Source of the DNA: a virus
DNA length: 64,000 bases
Strand: one strand, 5' to 3'
IMG/VR virus record: IMGVR_UViG_3300028840_003906
In this document: one piece after another, positions 55,015-64,000 of the stretch
Layout of the letters: each line of letters begins with the position of its first letter
How positions within the stretch are numbered: position 1 is the stretch's first letter
Program-made: the position numbers and the translations under genes
Notes under the pieces: generated by a model
What the model was told of the DNA's origin: nothing
Seen by the model: the letters and a program-made list of their open reading frames with translations, nothing else
Database searches by the model: none

Positions 55015-55029
55015 CGAACTCAAGTTCGT
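55014..55029. repeat. 16-bp near-palindrome, copy 15
   Basis: aCGAACTCAAGTTCGt; between the gp13-like stop and the next RBS. Confidence 0.95.
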
Positions 55030-55046
55030 TTTGAGGAGAGGGTAAA

Positions 55047-55928
55047 ATGGATTTCAATGAGCTGAAGGAAATGGCCAAGATCTCTGATCGGATCGCGGAT
55101 GAGGACGAGCGCAGGCTCTTGGAGCACAGTCATGTGGATGACTCTCGTCTGGTGCAGACCGTCAAGAACCTGGAGGAGGCCGGGATCGGGTCGACCATTT
55201 TGACTCCTCTTGTCCGGATGATGGACCGCAAGGACATCTTCCCTGTTCAGGGCAAGGAGTCTGACGGCGAGATCATGTTCCGGTTCGAGGATCTGATGGA
55301 CGCCCAGAACCTCTACGACTTCATGGTCAATCTGGGGCTCGTGGAGCCGGGCGAGATCAAACTGCACGTCTCTGAGCACCAGGTTTCGGTCCATTTCCAG
55401 TCTGGTGTCCTGATGTCGAAGCCAGAGGCGATCCAGGTTGCCTTGATGGCCTATGAGGAGAGCCGGTACGGGGACGAGGAAAACGATGAAGCGTTTGAGT
55501 CCCTGGTGCAGGATGTCGAGGAAGTCCTGATGGAAAGGACCAAGGTTTCCGGTGCTCCGAAGAAGCGTGCGAAAGGGAACCCGTTCCATGACAAGGACGG
55601 GCGCCTGGCGGGCGCGGATGCGATATCCGGGTCCAAGGGTGGGTCCTTCTCGATGGGCAAGACGAAGCTCAAGTTCACTGGGGACAAGAAGGCCAAGAGC
55701 GGAGACAAGGTGGTCAACTTCGCCTCGACGAAACGACCGTGCGGGCGCAACGCGCGTACGAAGGGCAAGAACATCCGCTGCTGGGACGGGTCTGCGATGG
55801 AGGCTGTATCCACGATTCTCGTGAAGAAGAACGGGATGCAGCAGATCGAGGATGCGGAGCTGGAGATGATGATCCGGGTGCTTGACGGCATCGAAGAGGA
55901 TCGCAAGCTCATCGCTGCGAAACAATGA
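55047..55928 (+). CDS. hypothetical virion-region protein
   Basis: GAGGAG RBS; contains the GNPFHDKDGR motif seen in phage head-associated proteins. Confidence 0.7.
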   Translation: MDFNELKEMAKISDRIADEDERRLLEHSHVDDSRLVQTVKNLEEAGIGSTILTPLVRMMDRKDIFPVQGKESDGEIMFRFEDLMDAQNLYDFMVNLGLVEPGEIKLHVSEHQVSVHFQSGVLMSKPEAIQVALMAYEESRYGDEENDEAFESLVQDVEEVLMERTKVSGAPKKRAKGNPFHDKDGRLAGADAISGSKGGSFSMGKTKLKFTGDKKAKSGDKVVNFASTKRPCGRNARTKGKNIRCWDGSAMEAVSTILVKKNGMQQIEDAELEMMIRVLDGIEEDRKLIAAKQ

Positions 55929-55931
55929 TTC

Positions 55932-56480
55932 ATGGCTCGCGTCTACTTCAACGAGGAGGCTGAGTACCTTCGGTCTCTCGAAGAGGAGCGGATAGAGCTT
56001 GTCGGCCCCGATTGCGAATACTACACGCTGAATCGCGGGAAGAACGTAGACGCGCTCTACGGCGAGCCGACGAATGATCCGCTCTATGGGGGGTCCTCTC
56101 CGCGTGGGAGCGATTCTGACTCCAACGAGTCCTGGAACTTCTGTCCTGACATTTTGGTTGGGGAAGAGCCGATCACGTTTCCGGTGGCGATCGAGTATCA
56201 AGAATCTGACAATCGAACTCCGATGGTGAGAACGGAGGGTTTTCACTATGAGTACGATGCGATCGTTGCGATTTCGAGAAATCACTGGGAGTGCGCGTGG
56301 GAAGACACGACGTGCGCAGGGCGAGAGCCCAAGGAAGGGGATGTAATTTATCTCTTTGGTGAGTGGTGGGATGTTGTGAAAGCCGGGCGAAGCGGGTATA
56401 TTTTGGATTCGCCGGACTTCGTTGGTTACAAGCTGGAGCTGAAGAAACGCACACAATTCACTCCAGACAGAAAGGTCTGA
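55932..56480 (+). CDS. gp14: neck / head completion protein (T4 gp14-like)
   Basis: IELVGPDCEYY...DALYGEP and PKEGDVIYL match gp14 patterns. Confidence 0.75.
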   Translation: MARVYFNEEAEYLRSLEEERIELVGPDCEYYTLNRGKNVDALYGEPTNDPLYGGSSPRGSDSDSNESWNFCPDILVGEEPITFPVAIEYQESDNRTPMVRTEGFHYEYDAIVAISRNHWECAWEDTTCAGREPKEGDVIYLFGEWWDVVKAGRSGYILDSPDFVGYKLELKKRTQFTPDRKV

Positions 56481-56481
56481 G

Positions 56482-62156
<5,675 letters not shown>

Positions 62157-62165
62157 GAGTTTGAA

Positions 62166-63608
62166 ATGAGTAAGCCCGACATTAGTTCTGACGTTCTACA
62201 ATTCATCGATGCAAATGTGATTGTCACAGATCCTGACACCGGAAAGAAGGGGACATTTGCAATGATGCAGATGCTCGTGAATCGTCGCGAGTTATTTAAT
62301 GATGCCCAGAATCCATTGCATGTTGATGGCTTTGTCCCTCTGGTAGGTGAGAATGGATCTGTGACAAATCTGAACGCCATCCACGGGAAGCTCGGGTGGC
62401 ACAACCAGCAGGTGCATGGGGCTCTCTGGCAGAAGCCGTCTGATCTCTTGATCTTCTACGGGTATCCCAACTCGTTCAATAGTGCGGTCAACGGGTGGGA
62501 CAATGAGAAGGTTGCCAGAGACATGGCTCAGTACGGGTTGATTGTCCTGGGTGATGGTCTCCAGACTCTTCTGGCGTCCGGGTCGCATGATGGTTCGAGT
62601 GGGGCCTCCACGCTCACTGACTCAACGGCAAGTTGGACAACTGATGAGTTCGTTGGGAAAAAGATTGTGAATGTGACCGACGGGAGCACTGGATCGATTA
62701 CAGCCAACACGGCTACCACGATCACAGCAACCCTTTCTGGTGGAACGGAGAACGACTGGGACGCTGGGGATGAGTACCGTGTGGCCAACCATGCCGACTA
62801 TGCAAATGTCTTCAAGATCGTTCCGAGGATCAAGCAGTACAACCCATCGGCGAAGATCTTTGGGTACGTGACTGTGAACCAGACGCTCGCGAACTTCGAA
62901 GACAAGGCTGACGATTGGGATGCTCTGGGTGTAGATGGCATCTTTATGGACGAGGCCGGGTACGACTACGGGACGACAGCTACGAATGACCGGGACGCAT
63001 TCAACGCCAAGGTGGACTACGTTCATGCGTTGAGCAGTGCGAGCACCTGCTTCGCGAACGCCTGGAATATGGATCACATTATCGGAACCGCGAACGATCC
63101 TAGTAAGCCGAACACGACGTGGAACCCAGATCTGGAAGAGTCGAGTCTCACGGCAGATGACTGGTACCTGCTTGAGAGCTGGCCGGTCAATACGGATTCG
63201 TATACCTCTAGCACTCCGGTGGGATACGAGGCGAAGGCGGACTGGGCTGCGCGAGGAGTGAAGGCACAGGGGCACAGGGCGACGTACGGGATCAACCTTG
63301 CGGCGTCTGGCATTATCAACAACAGCAACACGGGTGGTCAGGACCTCTTCGACTTCCTGTTCGTGAGCGCGATGATGTTTGCGATGGACGCTGTTGGTTC
63401 GAGTGACGCGAGCTACGCATCTTCGAGTTCTGCTGTGGACTGGTGGACCAGACCTGACGTCAGTAAGATGGGGGCATTGTATTCCCTGAACGCATCTGTC
63501 ATAGAGGACTCTGGGGATGCAGATGTGTACTGGCGGTACACGGAGTTCGGGCGCTTCAAGCTGGACTTCTCTAGCAGTGCCCAGGACGCGACGGTCGAGA
63601 AAAGGTAG
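62166..63608 (+). CDS. glycoside-hydrolase-like TIM-barrel protein (GH114/spherulin-4-like) with an inserted Thr/Ser-rich module
   Basis: LLIFYGYP, KIFGYV, GVDGIFMDEAGYDYG and DWYLLES motifs. Confidence 0.68.
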   Translation: MSKPDISSDVLQFIDANVIVTDPDTGKKGTFAMMQMLVNRRELFNDAQNPLHVDGFVPLVGENGSVTNLNAIHGKLGWHNQQVHGALWQKPSDLLIFYGYPNSFNSAVNGWDNEKVARDMAQYGLIVLGDGLQTLLASGSHDGSSGASTLTDSTASWTTDEFVGKKIVNVTDGSTGSITANTATTITATLSGGTENDWDAGDEYRVANHADYANVFKIVPRIKQYNPSAKIFGYVTVNQTLANFEDKADDWDALGVDGIFMDEAGYDYGTTATNDRDAFNAKVDYVHALSSASTCFANAWNMDHIIGTANDPSKPNTTWNPDLEESSLTADDWYLLESWPVNTDSYTSSTPVGYEAKADWAARGVKAQGHRATYGINLAASGIINNSNTGGQDLFDFLFVSAMMFAMDAVGSSDASYASSSSAVDWWTRPDVSKMGALYSLNASVIEDSGDADVYWRYTEFGRFKLDFSSSAQDATVEKR

Positions 63609-63629
63609 GCTGAATCTGGGAGGTTGTTG

Positions 63630-64000
63630 ATGCTGTCTTTGGCGATGGTTGTGAAGGATGAAGTGCTGACGATTGAGCGTGTGATCGAGTCGGTCAGCGG
63701 GGTGGTCGACGAGATCGTCGTCGGCGTGGACACTGAATCCTCAGACGGAACCCGGAAAATTGTAGAGAGGCTTGCCGATAAGGTGATCGATGTCGACCTG
63801 TCCAGGGAGCTTCGGGAGAAGGGGTCTGTTTGTGGGGATGAAGACTGGGGGTTCTCGAAGGCTCGGAACACAGTGATCGAGGCATGTGATCCGGAGAACT
63901 GGAAACTGATTTTGGATGGTCATGAGTTTGTCAGGAACCCGGATGTGCTCATGGGCGAACTTGAGTTCGCTTTCGGGCGCTTTGACGGGGTCACTGTGTC
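63630..64000 (+). CDS. GT2-family glycosyltransferase (3' end outside window)
   Basis: SLAMVVKDE, VDEIVVGVDTESSDGT, FSKARN and LILDGHE motifs; GGGAGG RBS. Absent from the ORF track because it is truncated. Confidence 0.85.
   Translation, partial: MLSLAMVVKDEVLTIERVIESVSGVVDEIVVGVDTESSDGTRKIVERLADKVIDVDLSRELREKGSVCGDEDWGFSKARNTVIEACDPENWKLILDGHEFVRNPDVLMGELEFAFGRFDGVTV
63955..63970. repeat. 16-bp near-palindrome, copy 16
   Basis: gCGAACTTGAGTTCGc; inside the GT2 CDS. Confidence 0.95.

Noticed and set aside
55661-55677. gacgaagctcaagttca, a look-alike of the palindrome
   Set aside because: It has an extra base in the left arm and a mismatch in the right arm, and is explained by the codons for TKLKF.

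Overview
This window is 64 kb of a large tailed dsDNA phage genome with a T4-superfamily head module; the host is not identifiable from the window. Essentially all real genes lie on the + strand, and the long minus-strand ORFs are shadows. Layout: (1) 1-6 kb holds recombination and DNA-modification genes (a Cas4/PD-(D/E)XK-like tail, RuvC-like resolvase, holin-like protein, ParB-fused N4/N6 methyltransferase, HTH protein). (2) About 6-39 kb holds roughly 80 small, tightly packed accessory ORFs, many Cys-rich, including a metallophosphoesterase, DHH phosphoesterase, DUF1937, DUF1643, QueC-like, DUF5662 HD-like, HicB-like and C39-like proteins. (3) An SNF2-type helicase carries a 338-aa LAGLIDADG intein. 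(4) The head module runs candidate TerS, TerL, portal, two core proteins, protease-scaffold fusion, major capsid protein, terminator, then gp13- and gp14-like neck proteins. (5) A 1765-aa Gly-X-Thr collagen-like fibre is followed by a glycoside-hydrolase-like protein and a GT2 glycosyltransferase cut by the window end. Two hidden signals stand out. One is a 16-bp near-palindrome, RCGAACTCAAGTTCGY, found in 16 perfect copies in both orientations, mostly at gene junctions beside RBSs or promoters but also inside CDSs. The other is a canonical -1 ribosomal frameshift cassette (G GGA AAC, 6-nt spacer, long stem-loop) at the end of a prohead-core gene, which would add a 73-aa basic tail. I found no tRNA, rRNA, CRISPR array or integrase. 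All functional calls come from motif recognition by eye; no database searches were run.
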